Origin: Candidatus Rokuibacteriota bacterium | GTDB taxonomy: Bacteria; Methylomirabilota; Methylomirabilia; Rokubacteriales; CSP1-6 | Reading direction: 5' to 3' | Assembly (NCBI GenBank): GCA_016209385.1 | Contig: JACQWB010000136.1 | Coordinates: 5,880 to 69,879, forward strand | Length of the DNA: 64,000 bases | Part shown: in pieces, positions 1 to 9,312 of the stretch | Position numbering within the stretch: position 1 is the stretch's first letter | Layout of the letters: each line of letters starts with the position of its first letter | Program-made: the position numbers and the translations under genes | Notes under the pieces: model-generated | What the model saw: only the letters and a program-made list of their open reading frames with translations | What the model was told of the DNA's origin: nothing | Database searches by the model: none

Positions 1-343
1 AGAGCGCGAAGGCGCAGAAGTAGCGGGTCTGCGCGTGCTCCCTGAGACCCCGCACGTAGCCGATCGAGTAGACGGTGGTAAGCACCCAGAGCCCGGAGGA
101 GAGCGCCGCGAAGACGCACCCGAGGGCGTCGGCCCGGAGCACGAGCGGGAGGCCCGGGGCCAGCTCCACGAGCATCGTCTCGCGCACGATCCCCCGGCCT
201 GCTGCCGGCATCAAGGCGATGGCCAGCGCCGCTTGGAGCCCTGCCGCCAAGACACTCCAGGCCTCTCGGAGGGCGGGGCGCCGGGCCGAGAGCGGGATGA
301 GGACGGCGGCCAGCAGCGACGGGAGCAGCGCGAGCGCGGGCAC
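1..343 (-). CDS. Partial (5' end only) NuoL/MrpA/MrpD-like proton-antiporter membrane subunit. It runs off the window start. Hand translation of the minus strand is open through position 1.
   Basis: Hand translation gives ...VPALALLPSLLAAVL...LWVLTTVYSIGYVRGLREHAQTRYF.... This is typical of the N-terminus of NuoL/N/MrpA/D-family subunits. A GTG start lies 2 nt after the mrpD stop. Confidence 0.45.
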   Translation of the reverse strand, partial: MPALALLPSLLAAVLIPLSARRPALREAWSVLAAGLQAALAIALMPAAGRGIVRETMLVELAPGLPLVLRADALGCVFAALSSGLWVLTTVYSIGYVRGLREHAQTRYFCAFAL

Positions 344-345
344 GG

Positions 346-1818
346 CTACCCGACGCTCGAGGCGGCCGGAAGCAGCACCCGCGCCACGAGGGGCGCGCTC
401 CAGATCCCAACGGCTAGGATGCCAGCCACGGCGGCGAGGAGCGCCACAAGCATCGCTGGAGGCGCCTCGGCGCGCGGGCCCGCGTGCGAGCGGCTGTCCC
501 CGTGGCGCGCGAGGCACGCGTGCTCGACGACGCGCCACATGTAGACGGCCGTGAGGAGCCCGCCCCCCGCGATCACCGCGGCGAGGAGGGGCTGGCCCGC
601 CTCGATCGCCCCGACCAGCAGGTACCACTTGCTGAAGAAGCCCGCCGTCGGCGGGATACCGATCATGGAGAGCGCGGCGACGACGAGGCACACGGTCGTC
701 CAGGGCATGCGCTCCCGCATGAGGCGGAGGTCGGCGAGGGCCGGACCGCCGAGCCGCACCACGACCGCCCCGGCGACAAAGAAGAGGCAGCCCTTCATCA
801 GGGCGTGGCTCAGAATGTGGAGGTACGCCCCCGCCAGTCCCGGCTGGTTCGCCAGCCCCAGGCCCAGGGCGATGAAACCGACCTGGCTCACGCTCGAGTA
901 AGCCAGGAGCCGCCGCAGGTCGGACTGGCGCAGGGCGAGGACACCGCCCGCGACGACCGCCACGGCTCCGGCCCACGCGAGGACGCCGAGCGGGATCCGA
1001 CCGAGCGTCTCAGGGCCCCCGAGCACCGAGAAGAGGACCCGGGCGAGCGCGTAGGCGGCCACCTTCGTCGTCACCGGCGCCAGGAGCGCCGTCACGGCCG
1101 GCGGAGCGTAGGTGTAGGCGTCGGGAAGCCAGCCGTGGAGCGGGAAGAGCGCCATCTTGATGCCGAGGCCAATGACGAGGAATCCCACGGCGACCGCGAA
1201 GACGCGGGAGCCGGCCAGCTCCGGGAGACGGGCCGCGAGGTCGGCCATGTTGAGCGTTCCGGTCAGGACGTAGAGGTGCCCGACGCCGAGGAGATAGAAG
1301 GAGGCGCCCACGGTGCCGAGGAGGAGGTAGCGGAAGGCCGCCAGCAGCGCGCGCCCGCCGCCCGAGGCCACGAGCGCGTAGCTCGACAGCGAGGCCACCT
1401 CGAGGAAGACGAAGAGGTTGAAGAGGTCGCCCGTCACGACGATGCCCATGAGGCTCGCCAGAAAGAGGAGGACCAGCCCGTAGAACGCTCCCGCGCTCTC
1501 GGGCGCCCGGCGGGGCGGGGCGGCGTAGACGATCGCGAGCGCCACCATTCCCGAGACCGCAACGGCGACGAAGGCGCTCAGGTGATCCACCACCAGCTCG
1601 ATCCCCCAGGGTGCCGGCCAGCCGCCCACCGCGTAGCGCAGTTCTCCCTCCGCGAGGACGCGCTGGAGGGCGAGGAGGGCCAGCAGGGTGGTGGCCACCC
1701 CGGTGGCGACGGCCGTGGGGTAGACGACGCCCCGGCGAACCAGCCCGGCCACGGGGAGTGCCAGGGCGACGGAGAGGGGGACGACCGGCAGGAGGGCCGG
1801 GAGGTGATCGAGGAGCAT
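346..1818 (-). CDS. mrpD: Na+/H+ antiporter subunit D (MrpD/MnhD; NuoN/ND2-like membrane subunit).
   Basis: 490 aa polytopic membrane protein with the proton-pumping-subunit fold (FLEVASLSSYALVA, GIKMALFPLHGWLPDAY, SQVGFIALG motifs). It sits in the Mrp gene context. Confidence 0.85.
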   Translation of the reverse strand: MLLDHLPALLPVVPLSVALALPVAGLVRRGVVYPTAVATGVATTLLALLALQRVLAEGELRYAVGGWPAPWGIELVVDHLSAFVAVAVSGMVALAIVYAAPPRRAPESAGAFYGLVLLFLASLMGIVVTGDLFNLFVFLEVASLSSYALVASGGGRALLAAFRYLLLGTVGASFYLLGVGHLYVLTGTLNMADLAARLPELAGSRVFAVAVGFLVIGLGIKMALFPLHGWLPDAYTYAPPAVTALLAPVTTKVAAYALARVLFSVLGGPETLGRIPLGVLAWAGAVAVVAGGVLALRQSDLRRLLAYSSVSQVGFIALGLGLANQPGLAGAYLHILSHALMKGCLFFVAGAVVVRLGGPALADLRLMRERMPWTTVCLVVAALSMIGIPPTAGFFSKWYLLVGAIEAGQPLLAAVIAGGGLLTAVYMWRVVEHACLARHGDSRSHAGPRAEAPPAMLVALLAAVAGILAVGIWSAPLVARVLLPAASSVG

Positions 1819-2195
1819 TACATCCGCGCCTGGATGACGTCCTCTTCGAATGACTCGTAGGTCCGGTAGATGCGGATCAGCACGGCCAGGCCCACCCCGA
1901 GCGTGGCGACCATCACGACGATGGCGGTCAGCATGAGGGCGTGGGGGAGCGGGTTCATGAAGGCAGCCGCCGCACCGGTCCCGGCCGCGTCCTTTGGGAC
2001 AATGGGGAGGGTGGCGCCCCGCTTGGTGCTGGTGGCGACGAAGAAGAGGATGACGGCGGTCTGGAAGATGTTCATCCCGATGAGCTTCTTCAGCAGGTTG
2101 CCGTGGGTGATCATCGCGTGGAACCCCACCAGCAGGAGGAACACGTACACCCAGTAGGCGTAGTGGTGAGCCGCATAGGTCAGCTGGTCGATCAC
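1818..2195 (-). CDS. mrpC: Na+/H+ antiporter subunit C (MrpC/MnhC; NuoK-like).
   Basis: 125 aa, three TM segments; MnhC-like sequence (GMNIFQTAVILFFVA). It overlaps mrpD by 1 nt. Confidence 0.85.
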   Translation of the reverse strand: MIDQLTYAAHHYAYWVYVFLLLVGFHAMITHGNLLKKLIGMNIFQTAVILFFVATSTKRGATLPIVPKDAAGTGAAAAFMNPLPHALMLTAIVVMVATLGVGLAVLIRIYRTYESFEEDVIQARM

Positions 2196-2638
2196 GGCGC
2201 CTCTTCTCCTTCCCCGGCCTTCGCCAGACGGCAGAAGATAAGCGTGAGCGTGCCTGCGACCCCGATGGCGACGCCGATCTCGATCACCAGGATGCCGAGC
2301 GAGCGCGCCGCGGTTCCGCCCCCCGGGAATGGCAGGGCCGTGTAGTCGAGGAGCGCGCCGCCCAGGGCGAGGGTCGCGACGCCGGTCAGGGCGAACACCA
2401 ACACGCCGAGGCAGGCGAGGGCGAGCAGGACCCCTTCACGGGCCCGGCGGCGGAGCTCCTGCCTGCCAAGCGTGAGCCCGATGAGGATGTAGCTTGCCGC
2501 GAGGATCAGGCCGCCCTGGAACCCACCCCCCGGGCTTCCGTGCCCGTGGATCACGACGTAGAGGGCGAAGATCTGGATCGGGGGGACGAGCATGCGGGCG
2601 CCGGTCCGGACGATGACGCTGTCGTGCTCCCGGATCAC
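2192..2638 (-). CDS. mrpB: Na+/H+ antiporter subunit B (MrpB/MnhB). The start is uncertain (GTG near 2638, or ATG at 2593).
   Basis: MnhB-like TM protein (IQIFALYVVIHGHGSPGGGFQGGLILAASYIL). The track ORF extends to 2833, but its 5' part overlaps the upstream gene in another frame and looks non-coding. Confidence 0.7.
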   Translation of the reverse strand: MIREHDSVIVRTGARMLVPPIQIFALYVVIHGHGSPGGGFQGGLILAASYILIGLTLGRQELRRRAREGVLLALACLGVLVFALTGVATLALGGALLDYTALPFPGGGTAARSLGILVIEIGVAIGVAGTLTLIFCRLAKAGEGEEAP

Positions 2639-3162
2639 GGCTCGCGCCTCTCCAGCAGCAGCCAGCAAGCCAGGCCCGCGGTGAAGATCACGACGGTCTC
2701 GATCAGGGTGTCGTAGCCCCGGTAGTCCGCCAGCACGGCCGTCACGATGTTCGGCGCTCCCGTCTCGCGGTACCCCTCGCTCAGGTAGCGGGGGGAGACA
2801 TGCAGGCTCGCCGGGGAGCCCGGATCGCCCCACGCGGGGAACTCGTGGATGGCGACGACGAGCAGGCCGCCGAGCGCCAGCGCGGTCGCCAGGCTCGCGA
2901 TCCGGCCGCGCGGGGGGCGAGCCCGTTCGGTCCGCACGGTCCGGAGAAGGGTCGCCAGGAAGAAGACCGTGGAAGCCCCAGCCCCCACCATCGCTTCCGT
3001 GAAGGCGACGTCCACCGCTCCCATCCCGGCCCAGACCATCGACATCACGAGCCCGTAGGCGCTGAGAAGGAAGACCGCTCCCACGAGGTCCCTGACGCGC
3101 ACGGCGGCGAGCGCCAGCACCATCAGGAGCGTGAGGAAGAGATCGGTCAGGAGGACGCTCAT
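2635..3162 (-). CDS. MnhB-domain membrane protein (MrpA C-terminal-like / DUF4040 + MnhB).
   Basis: 175 aa. Contains the MnhB signature NIVTAVLADYRGYDTLIETVVIFTAG. It is the second MnhB-type gene in the operon. Confidence 0.65.
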   Translation of the reverse strand: MSVLLTDLFLTLLMVLALAAVRVRDLVGAVFLLSAYGLVMSMVWAGMGAVDVAFTEAMVGAGASTVFFLATLLRTVRTERARPPRGRIASLATALALGGLLVVAIHEFPAWGDPGSPASLHVSPRYLSEGYRETGAPNIVTAVLADYRGYDTLIETVVIFTAGLACWLLLERREP

Positions 3163-3196
3163 CCTTCGGAGGGGGGCGCGTTCGACGCAGTGAGTC

Positions 3197-3502
3197 TCAT
3201 CGGTGGTCCAGGGTCTCGCCGAGCGGGCGCTGGCCGGTGCGGAGGGCGGCCCGCGCGATGGCGTGGCTCGCGATGGGGTTGGTCAGAAAGAAGAAGAGCG
3301 CCACCAGCAGGACCTTCACGGTAGTCGGCGAGAGACCCTGCGACACGGCCACGCCCGCGAGGGTGAACAGCACGCCCAGCGTCTCGGCCTTGCTGAGGGC
3401 GTGCAGCCGCGTGTAGAAGTCGGGCAGCCTGAGCACCCCGAAGCTCGCGATGGCGGAGAAGAGTAGGCCGACCGCCAGGAGCGCCGTGATCAGCACCCCC
3501 AT
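3197..3502 (-). CDS. mrpG: Na+/H+ antiporter subunit G (MrpG/MnhG).
   Basis: 101 aa, MnhG-like (RLPDFYTRLHALSKAETLG). Confidence 0.8.
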   Translation of the reverse strand: MGVLITALLAVGLLFSAIASFGVLRLPDFYTRLHALSKAETLGVLFTLAGVAVSQGLSPTTVKVLLVALFFFLTNPIASHAIARAALRTGQRPLGETLDHR

Positions 3503-3505
3503 CGC

Positions 3506-3778
3506 TCACCGCCCGTCCAGGCGCTCGAAGTAGCGGGCACCCGCGACCACGCCCACGAAATTGAGCAGCGCGTATCCGAGAGCGATGTCCACAAACATGT
3601 CCAGCCGGCCGTAGACGGAGCCCACGAGCACCAGGATGGTGGTCGTGCTGGTCCCGAATCCGCTGAGTCCGAGCAGCCGGTCGAACACCGTGGGCCCGGC
3701 CGCCAGCCTGTGGACGTAGGCCAGCGCCAAGGCGGTCGCGCAGGCGGCCACCGCCACGAAGGTCGAGGTCAGGTCCAC
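3506..3778 (-). CDS. mrpF: Na+/H+ antiporter subunit F (MrpF/MnhF).
   Basis: 90 aa, three TM segments, MnhF-like. Confidence 0.8.
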   Translation of the reverse strand: MDLTSTFVAVAACATALALAYVHRLAAGPTVFDRLLGLSGFGTSTTTILVLVGSVYGRLDMFVDIALGYALLNFVGVVAGARYFERLDGR

Positions 3779-3800
3779 CGGCTTCCGTTCATCGGCACGC

Positions 3801-4307
3801 TCACGCCGGGCCCACAGCCCGCGCGACGCGTTCCTCCATCGCGCGGCCGAGCACGCCCCGCGCGGCCTCGCGCGTCAGCGCATGGACGACGAACTCGTCC
3901 CCTTCGACGTCCACCGTGATGGTCCCCGGCGTCAGCGTGATGGAGTTGCCCAGCGTGGTCCGGGCCACATCCCCGACGAGCGTCGTGCGGAACCGCACCA
4001 GCGCGGGCGCGATGGGAAGCCGGGGGTGCATGATGACCCAGGCGATCTGGAGGTTCGCCAGGACGATCTGCCAGAGGAGCCACGGCAGGTACGCAAGAAA
4101 GTGCCCCCACCGGATCGAGAAGGTGTAGACGGGCACGGGCCGCCCGGTCCGGTCCAGGCGCGTGCCGATCCACGCGAGGTCCCGGGTCAGGAAGGTCACG
4201 AGCGCGGCGGAAACGACGCCGAAGCCCACGTGCAACGCGTCGAGCTCCCCCGAAAACACGAACCAGAAGCCGAGGGACATGAGAAAGATGACGGCGGTAG
4301 GTTTCAT
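3801..4307 (-). CDS. mrpE: Na+/H+ antiporter subunit E (MrpE/MnhE). Start taken at the internal ATG (MKPTAVIF...).
   Basis: MnhE-like sequence (FLMSLGFWFVFSG...LTPGTITVDVEGDEFVVHAL). The 37 upstream codons of the track ORF have poor coding character. Confidence 0.75.
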   Translation of the reverse strand: MKPTAVIFLMSLGFWFVFSGELDALHVGFGVVSAALVTFLTRDLAWIGTRLDRTGRPVPVYTFSIRWGHFLAYLPWLLWQIVLANLQIAWVIMHPRLPIAPALVRFRTTLVGDVARTTLGNSITLTPGTITVDVEGDEFVVHALTREAARGVLGRAMEERVARAVGPA

Positions 4308-4467
4308 CTCGACCGGGCTCGCGTTCTTTCCGTTTCCCGCGCTGACAGCTTCACTACTATGCCCTGTCCCGTGGTTGCCTGCAAGCCCGTCGGCTCGATC
4401 GAGGCTCCTGCGGGGCACCCGGACGCCTCACGGCCTCGCGTTGAGCCCGTCGGCCTGGGCGCGACGA

Positions 4468-5892
4468 CTACACGACCTGCAGGTCGCGCTCAACAAGGAG
4501 CAGCCCTCCTTCGCGTGCCACCTTCCGCGTCTCTGGCGTAAATCCTTTCCGGCTGAAGAGGGCGAACGCTTCCTGACGCCCCTTCCGTCCCCACTGGACG
4601 CGGGCGGCCTTGGCCTTCAATTCCTGAAGAATATTGGTGCCAAGGGGTTTCGGGCTCCACTTCACCTCTCCGAACAGAATCGCGTTCTCCGCCTCGTTGA
4701 CGCCCACGATATCGATCCCGCCCTGGTCATCCCACCAGCGGCCGACCCTTTGGAGCCGGAACGGAAGCGCGTCGCTGCGGCGGATCGTCTCCCGCGCGAT
4801 GCGCTCGTAGGCCCGGCCCAGGAGATGCGGGAGGATCTGGCGGAACCGCTGGAGCGCCGGTCCGGTCTCGCCCAGGGCTAGGTCGCTGACGAAGGGGTAC
4901 ACGCACTCGAACCAGAGGGCAATGAAGGGGTCCTGGATGCTGTAGAGCGACCGCTTGGATCGCTGGGGCGCCTTCTCGGTGACCGGCACTTCGCGCACGA
5001 TGAGCTGGAGGTTCTCGAGCACATGGAGGTACTTATGGAGGACGTTCTTGGCCAGCCCGGTGTCGTTGATTATTTCGCCGAACTTGCGCTTGCCCTGGCT
5101 GAGGGCCCGGAGAATGGCCGCGTAGTTGCGGGGCTCGCGGAGTTCTTCCTTCAAAAGGAAATCCACCTCGCGGAAAAGAAAGGCGCCGGGCGTGAGGATC
5201 TGCCCCCGCACGTTTTCGTCCAGGCCGGCCCTCAGGTCGAACTGGCGGAGGTAGCCGGGCATTCCCCCCAGCAGCGCGTAAACCTCGACGCACTTTTCGA
5301 ACGACCAGCGCTTTGGAAGAAACTCGCGGACGCCTGAGAAATCCAACGGCAGCACCAGGAGGTCGCCCGTGCGCCGTCCGTAGAGCGGGGCGCGCTGGAC
5401 CAGGGTCTCCGACTCCATCATCGCCATCGAGGATCCGCAGAGGATCAGGCAGAGGGGAAGACGGCTCAGGGTCTCGTCCCACCCCTTCTGGAACAGCGAG
5501 GAGGTGGCGGGGTTGTTCTCGACAAGGTAGGGATACTCGTCAATGGCGAGCACGAGCTCATGAGGTTTCCTGGTCTTCCCTCGAGGCAGCCTTGCATTCA
5601 GGTACTCGAAGGCCTCCAGCCAGCCAGCGAAGCCTTTACGCCCGATAAACGGATCGTCAAAGTGTGTCCCGAGGCGGGCGGCGACCTCCTTGAGCTGGTC
5701 CGGGTCCGGCCGGCGGTCGGCGAGCACGTAGACAGCCGGCTTGTCGCGGATGAATCGCTTGAGAAGCTCCGTTTTCCCGACCCGGCGCTTTCCGTAAACG
5801 ATGAGCAGCTGCGGATCGCGGGCGCTCCAGCGCTGCTCCAGCCACCTCAGATCGATCTCCCGGTCGATGAACTTCATTGGCCCCTGGCCCAC
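4468..5892 (-). CDS. ATP-binding protein of the Arch_ATPase (AAA) + DUF234 family.
   Basis: Walker A motif GKRRVGKTEL, followed by a DUF234-type C-terminal region. Start is GTG at 5892 or ATG at 5877. Confidence 0.8.
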   Translation of the reverse strand: MGQGPMKFIDREIDLRWLEQRWSARDPQLLIVYGKRRVGKTELLKRFIRDKPAVYVLADRRPDPDQLKEVAARLGTHFDDPFIGRKGFAGWLEAFEYLNARLPRGKTRKPHELVLAIDEYPYLVENNPATSSLFQKGWDETLSRLPLCLILCGSSMAMMESETLVQRAPLYGRRTGDLLVLPLDFSGVREFLPKRWSFEKCVEVYALLGGMPGYLRQFDLRAGLDENVRGQILTPGAFLFREVDFLLKEELREPRNYAAILRALSQGKRKFGEIINDTGLAKNVLHKYLHVLENLQLIVREVPVTEKAPQRSKRSLYSIQDPFIALWFECVYPFVSDLALGETGPALQRFRQILPHLLGRAYERIARETIRRSDALPFRLQRVGRWWDDQGGIDIVGVNEAENAILFGEVKWSPKPLGTNILQELKAKAARVQWGRKGRQEAFALFSRKGFTPETRKVAREGGLLLVERDLQVV

Positions 5893-5896
5893 AGGA

Positions 5897-5930
5897 GTCT
5901 ACTCTAAAGTAGTATACTCCAAAGTAGACT
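5897..5930. promoter_or_regulatory. Palindromic, directly repeated operator-like site in the divergent intergenic region.
   Basis: AGTCTACT-CTAAAG-TAGTATACT-CCAAAG-TAGACT. The outer 8-bp arms are perfect inverted repeats. The centre AGTATACT is self-complementary. Internal direct repeat ACTCYAAAGTAG. Confidence 0.5.
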
Positions 5931-6014
5931 GTTTACGCGATATTACAGGGCACTCCGCCTCGCCCGGCTAGCGCTTCGGGCGTTCCCCGCCTGGACGCCC
6001 GGACCCACCTCCAA

Positions 6015-6034
6015 GTCTACTCTGGAGTATACGA
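6015..6034. promoter_or_regulatory. Second copy of the AGTCTACTCT..GGAGTATAC motif, flanked by an imperfect inverted repeat (6001-6012 / 6039-6050).
   Basis: AGTCTACTCTGGAGTATAC repeats the left arm and central palindrome of the 5897-5930 site. It lies ~120 bp closer to the kinase gene. Confidence 0.45.
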
Positions 6035-6238
6035 CCCAGGAGTAGGGTCCGGTTCCTTCAGAGCAGGCTCCGATGCGATCCGGCGCTGGAGGCCCGGCGA
6101 GCGTGACGAAATAGTTTGTCTGGGCCCCTCCGCGCCTGGTGCCCTCCGGCCGATAACTCTTGGGAGGACTGCCATGCGCGACCCCAGGGCGGGCGAATCG
6201 ACGGCGGTGGGCCGGGAGCGGGGCCGGAGGCCGGGCCG

Positions 6239-9200
6239 GTGAGCCTCCACCATGTCCTTCCGCTGGTGGCCTTCGGGCTGAACCTGGCCCTGGCCGCCCT
6301 CGCCCTCTTCCACAACGCCGGCAGCCGGCTCCACCGGGTGTTCACCTACTTCGTGTCGGCCATGGCGGTATGGAACCTGGGCGTCTTCATGCTGCGCCGC
6401 GCGCCCGACCCCTCCGCCGCTTACTTCTGGGAGGTGGCGATCCACGTCGGCGTCATCGCGATGCCCGCCTTCTACTACCACTTCGTGCTGATCTTCCTGG
6501 ACAGCACCGTGCGGCGGCGCCCCTGGCTGGTGACGGCCTACTTGGTGTCGGTCGTCTTCTCCGCCATCAACCTCAGCGGCGCCTCGGCCTTCATGCAGGG
6601 CGTGCTGGCCACGCCCTGGGGCTGGGCGCCGGCGGCTGGCCCGCTTTACAACGTCTTCTTCGCCTATTTCTACTTCTTCCTGCTGGCCGGCCTGCTTCAC
6701 CTGGCCGCCGCCTACCGCCGGGCCGGCTCCGGCTTCCGCCGCAACCGCATCAAGCTCGTGCTGCTGGGCGCCACGCTCACGATCGCTGGCGGGTTCGTGG
6801 ACATCATCCGCTTCACGCTGGCCCCCGTGGTGCCCGGGCTCGAGCGCGTCTACCCGGTCGGGATCCCGGCCAACCTGATCTGCGCCGTCATGTTCGGGAC
6901 TGCCATCGTGCGCTACCGGATGTTCGATCTCAGCGTGGTGGTGAAGAAGGTCGCCGTCTACGGCGCGGTCGGCGCGGCGGTGACGGCGGTCCTCATCGCG
7001 CTGACCTGGGTGGTGGAGCAGGCGTTCGGGCTCCACGGCGTCAGCGCGGTGTGGATCGTCGCGCCCCTGGGGCTGATCCTCACGCTGGTGCGCACGCCCC
7101 TGGGGCGCCCCCTGGAGGACTGGATCGAGCGGCTGGCCTTCGACAAGCCTCGGGGCTGCCACGACACGCTGGTGGACCTCAGCAAGCGCATGAGCATGAT
7201 GCTGGAGGTCGGCAGGTTGGTGGACACCCTGGTTCGCGGCCTGCTCCGGGGCATCCCCGTCACCCACTGCGCGCTGCTGGTCTACGACGACAAGGCCGAC
7301 GGCTTCGTGGTCTGCCGGGAAGAGACCACCAGCGGGGAGACGGCGGGGGTGCGGACCATCCCACGGAGCGGGCGAATCGTCTGCTGGCTGGAGCGGACCG
7401 AGGGGGTGCTGGTCAAGGAGGAGGCCATCCTGGACCGGCGCATCGCCCAGCACTTCGAGCCGGCCCTGAGCGAGCTGGAGGAGGTCAACGCCTCCCTCAT
7501 CGTGCCCATGAAGCTGGAGACCCGGGTGACGGGCATCCTGCTCCTGGGCGAAAAGCTCTCGGGCGCCATCTTCGACGGCCAGGAGCTGGAGCTGCTGTCG
7601 GTGCTGGCCAACCAGGCGGCGATCGCCATGGGCAACGCCCGGCTCTACGAGGAGGCCGAGCGCGAGCGCCGGCGCATCAAGGTCCTTTACGAGCTGGCCC
7701 GGCGGCTGGCCACCGCGAACGAGGCCGACCGGATCCTCGACCTGATCGTGGAGGAGACCAGCCGGTTGTTGGGCGTGGAGGTGGCAGGCCTGCGCCTGGT
7801 CGAGGAGGGGGATCTGGTTCTCAAGGCCTGGACGGGATCGCCGGGGGGCTTCCCCGTACGCCCCCGGCTCCGGATCGGGGAGAGCCTCACCGGGCGGGTG
7901 GTGGCCACCAACGCCCCCCTGGTAGTGGACGACGTCCTGGCCGAGCCCCGCTACGACCCCGACCACCGTCGGGCGGCCGAGGCCGCGGGGCTGCACAGCT
8001 TCCTGGGCGTGCCCATCGCGGGCAGCGACGGCGCCGCGGCAGGCGTCCTGTACGTCTACGCGCGGCGGCGGCCGTTCAGCGCCGATGAGGTGTCGCTCCT
8101 GGGAGCCTTCGCAGACCAGACCTCGGTACTCCTGGAGAAAAGCCGCATGGCCGCCGAGCGCAAGCAGGCTGAGGAGGCGCTGCGGCAGGGGGAGAAGCTG
8201 GCCACCATGGGCCAGCTGCTGGCCGGCGTGGCTCACGAGCTGAACAACCCGCTGACGGCCATCGTGGGCTACGCCACGCTGCTGAGCTCGACGCTGCCCG
8301 ACGGCTCGGCCAAGAGCGCTGCCGGGCACATCGAGACCGCCGCCCACCGCTGCGGACGCATCGTCCGCAACTTCCTGGCCCTGGCCCGCAAGCGCCCACC
8401 CGAGCGCAAGCGTGTGGCCCTCAACGAGGTGGTGACCGAGTCGGTGGAGCTGCTGGCCTACCCGCTCAGGGTGGACGACGTCAAGATCACCCAGGACCTG
8501 GCCGGCGATCTGCCGGACCTGTGGGCGGACCCCCACCAGCTGCAGCAGGTCGTGGTCAACCTGCTCACCAACGCCCACCACGCCGTGCGGCAGGTCGCCA
8601 CCCGCCGCCTCAGCGTGATGACGCGCCTCGACGCCGGGCGCGGCCGGGCCGTGCTTCGGGTGGCCGACACCGGGCCCGGGGTGCCGCCGGAGATCGGCGC
8701 GCGCATCTTCGAGCCGTTCTTCACCACCAAGCCCGTGGGGCAGGGCACCGGTCTCGGCCTCTCCCTCTGCCAGGGCATCGTGGAGAGCCACGGCGGCTCC
8801 ATCGCACTGGAGAGCCTCCCAGGTTACGGTGCGGTGTTCCGTGTGGAGGTGCCCGTGGAGCGCCCGCTGGCTCTGGAGCCGGGGGGAGCGGAGACGGCGA
8901 CGCCCGCTGCGGTCCCGGCCAGGACCATCCTGGTGGTGGACGACGAGGCGCCGGTGCGCAGCCTCCTCTCGGACGTGCTGGCCCTGGACGGCCACCGGGT
9001 CGGTGCCGCGCCGGACGCGCGGACCGCCCTCCGCATGCTGGACGACGGCCTCTACGACCTGATCGTCAGCGACATCCGCATGCCGGGCCTCGACGGTCCC
9101 GCCCTCTACCGCGAGGTGGAGCGGCGCCGGTTGTCCAGCCCGCCGATCTTTGTGTTCATGACCGGGGACGTGCTCGGCGCCGAGACGCTCAAGTTCCTCG

Positions 9201-9298
9201 AGCAGACCAGGGCGCGCTGCCTGAGCAAGCCCTTCAGCATGGACGACATCCGCCGCGCGATCCGGCAGGCCCTCAGCGAGGCCGCGGTCCTATCCTGA
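6239..9298 (+). CDS. Hybrid sensor histidine kinase: N-terminal 7TM receptor domain (7TMR-DISM type), two GAF domains, HisKA, HATPase_c and a C-terminal receiver domain.
   Basis: Seven predicted TM helices at the N-terminus. H-box [12 protein letters not shown]-box GTGLGLSL. C-terminal REC with DD...D...K. The track ORF opens at 6116 but the first plausible in-frame start is GTG 6239, so the start is uncertain. Confidence 0.85.
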   Translation: MSLHHVLPLVAFGLNLALAALALFHNAGSRLHRVFTYFVSAMAVWNLGVFMLRRAPDPSAAYFWEVAIHVGVIAMPAFYYHFVLIFLDSTVRRRPWLVTAYLVSVVFSAINLSGASAFMQGVLATPWGWAPAAGPLYNVFFAYFYFFLLAGLLHLAAAYRRAGSGFRRNRIKLVLLGATLTIAGGFVDIIRFTLAPVVPGLERVYPVGIPANLICAVMFGTAIVRYRMFDLSVVVKKVAVYGAVGAAVTAVLIALTWVVEQAFGLHGVSAVWIVAPLGLILTLVRTPLGRPLEDWIERLAFDKPRGCHDTLVDLSKRMSMMLEVGRLVDTLVRGLLRGIPVTHCALLVYDDKADGFVVCREETTSGETAGVRTIPRSGRIVCWLERTEGVLVKEEAILDRRIAQHFEPALSELEEVNASLIVPMKLETRVTGILLLGEKLSGAIFDGQELELLSVLANQAAIAMGNARLYEEAERERRRIKVLYELARRLATANEADRILDLIVEETSRLLGVEVAGLRLVEEGDLVLKAWTGSPGGFPVRPRLRIGESLTGRVVATNAPLVVDDVLAEPRYDPDHRRAAEAAGLHSFLGVPIAGSDGAAAGVLYVYARRRPFSADEVSLLGAFADQTSVLLEKSRMAAERKQAEEALRQGEKLATMGQLLAGVAHELNNPLTAIVGYATLLSSTLPDGSAKSAAGHIETAAHRCGRIVRNFLALARKRPPERKRVALNEVVTESVELLAYPLRVDDVKITQDLAGDLPDLWADPHQLQQVVVNLLTNAHHAVRQVATRRLSVMTRLDAGRGRAVLRVADTGPGVPPEIGARIFEPFFTTKPVGQGTGLGLSLCQGIVESHGGSIALESLPGYGAVFRVEVPVERPLALEPGGAETATPAAVPARTILVVDDEAPVRSLLSDVLALDGHRVGAAPDARTALRMLDDGLYDLIVSDIRMPGLDGPALYREVERRRLSSPPIFVFMTGDVLGAETLKFLEQTRARCLSKPFSMDDIRRAIRQALSEAAVLS

Positions 9299-9312
9299 GC
9301 CGGCCGGACGGG

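Noticed and set aside
6160-8088. 642-aa plus-strand ORF in an alternative frame inside the kinase gene
   Set aside because: Same strand but shifted frame. The product is an Arg/Gly/Pro-rich low-complexity sequence, whereas the 6239-9298 frame carries the 7TM, GAF, HisKA, HATPase and REC motifs.
6017-8995. 992-aa minus-strand ORF antisense to the hybrid kinase gene. Similar very long antisense ORFs include 484-1860(+), 14316-15920(+), 12018-13841(+), 22888-24135(-), 24875-26575(-), 26373-27863(-), 29352-30425(-), 37476-39554(-), 39418-41049(-), 49971-51329(-), 51399-53594(-), 54542-56752(-), 59851-61857(-) and 61881-63446(-).
   Set aside because: Their products are Arg/Gly/Pro/His-rich low-complexity sequences with no domain signatures. 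They lie exactly antisense to genes that have clear family motifs, Shine-Dalgarno sequences and start/stop overlaps. Long stop-free antisense frames are expected at ~70% GC.
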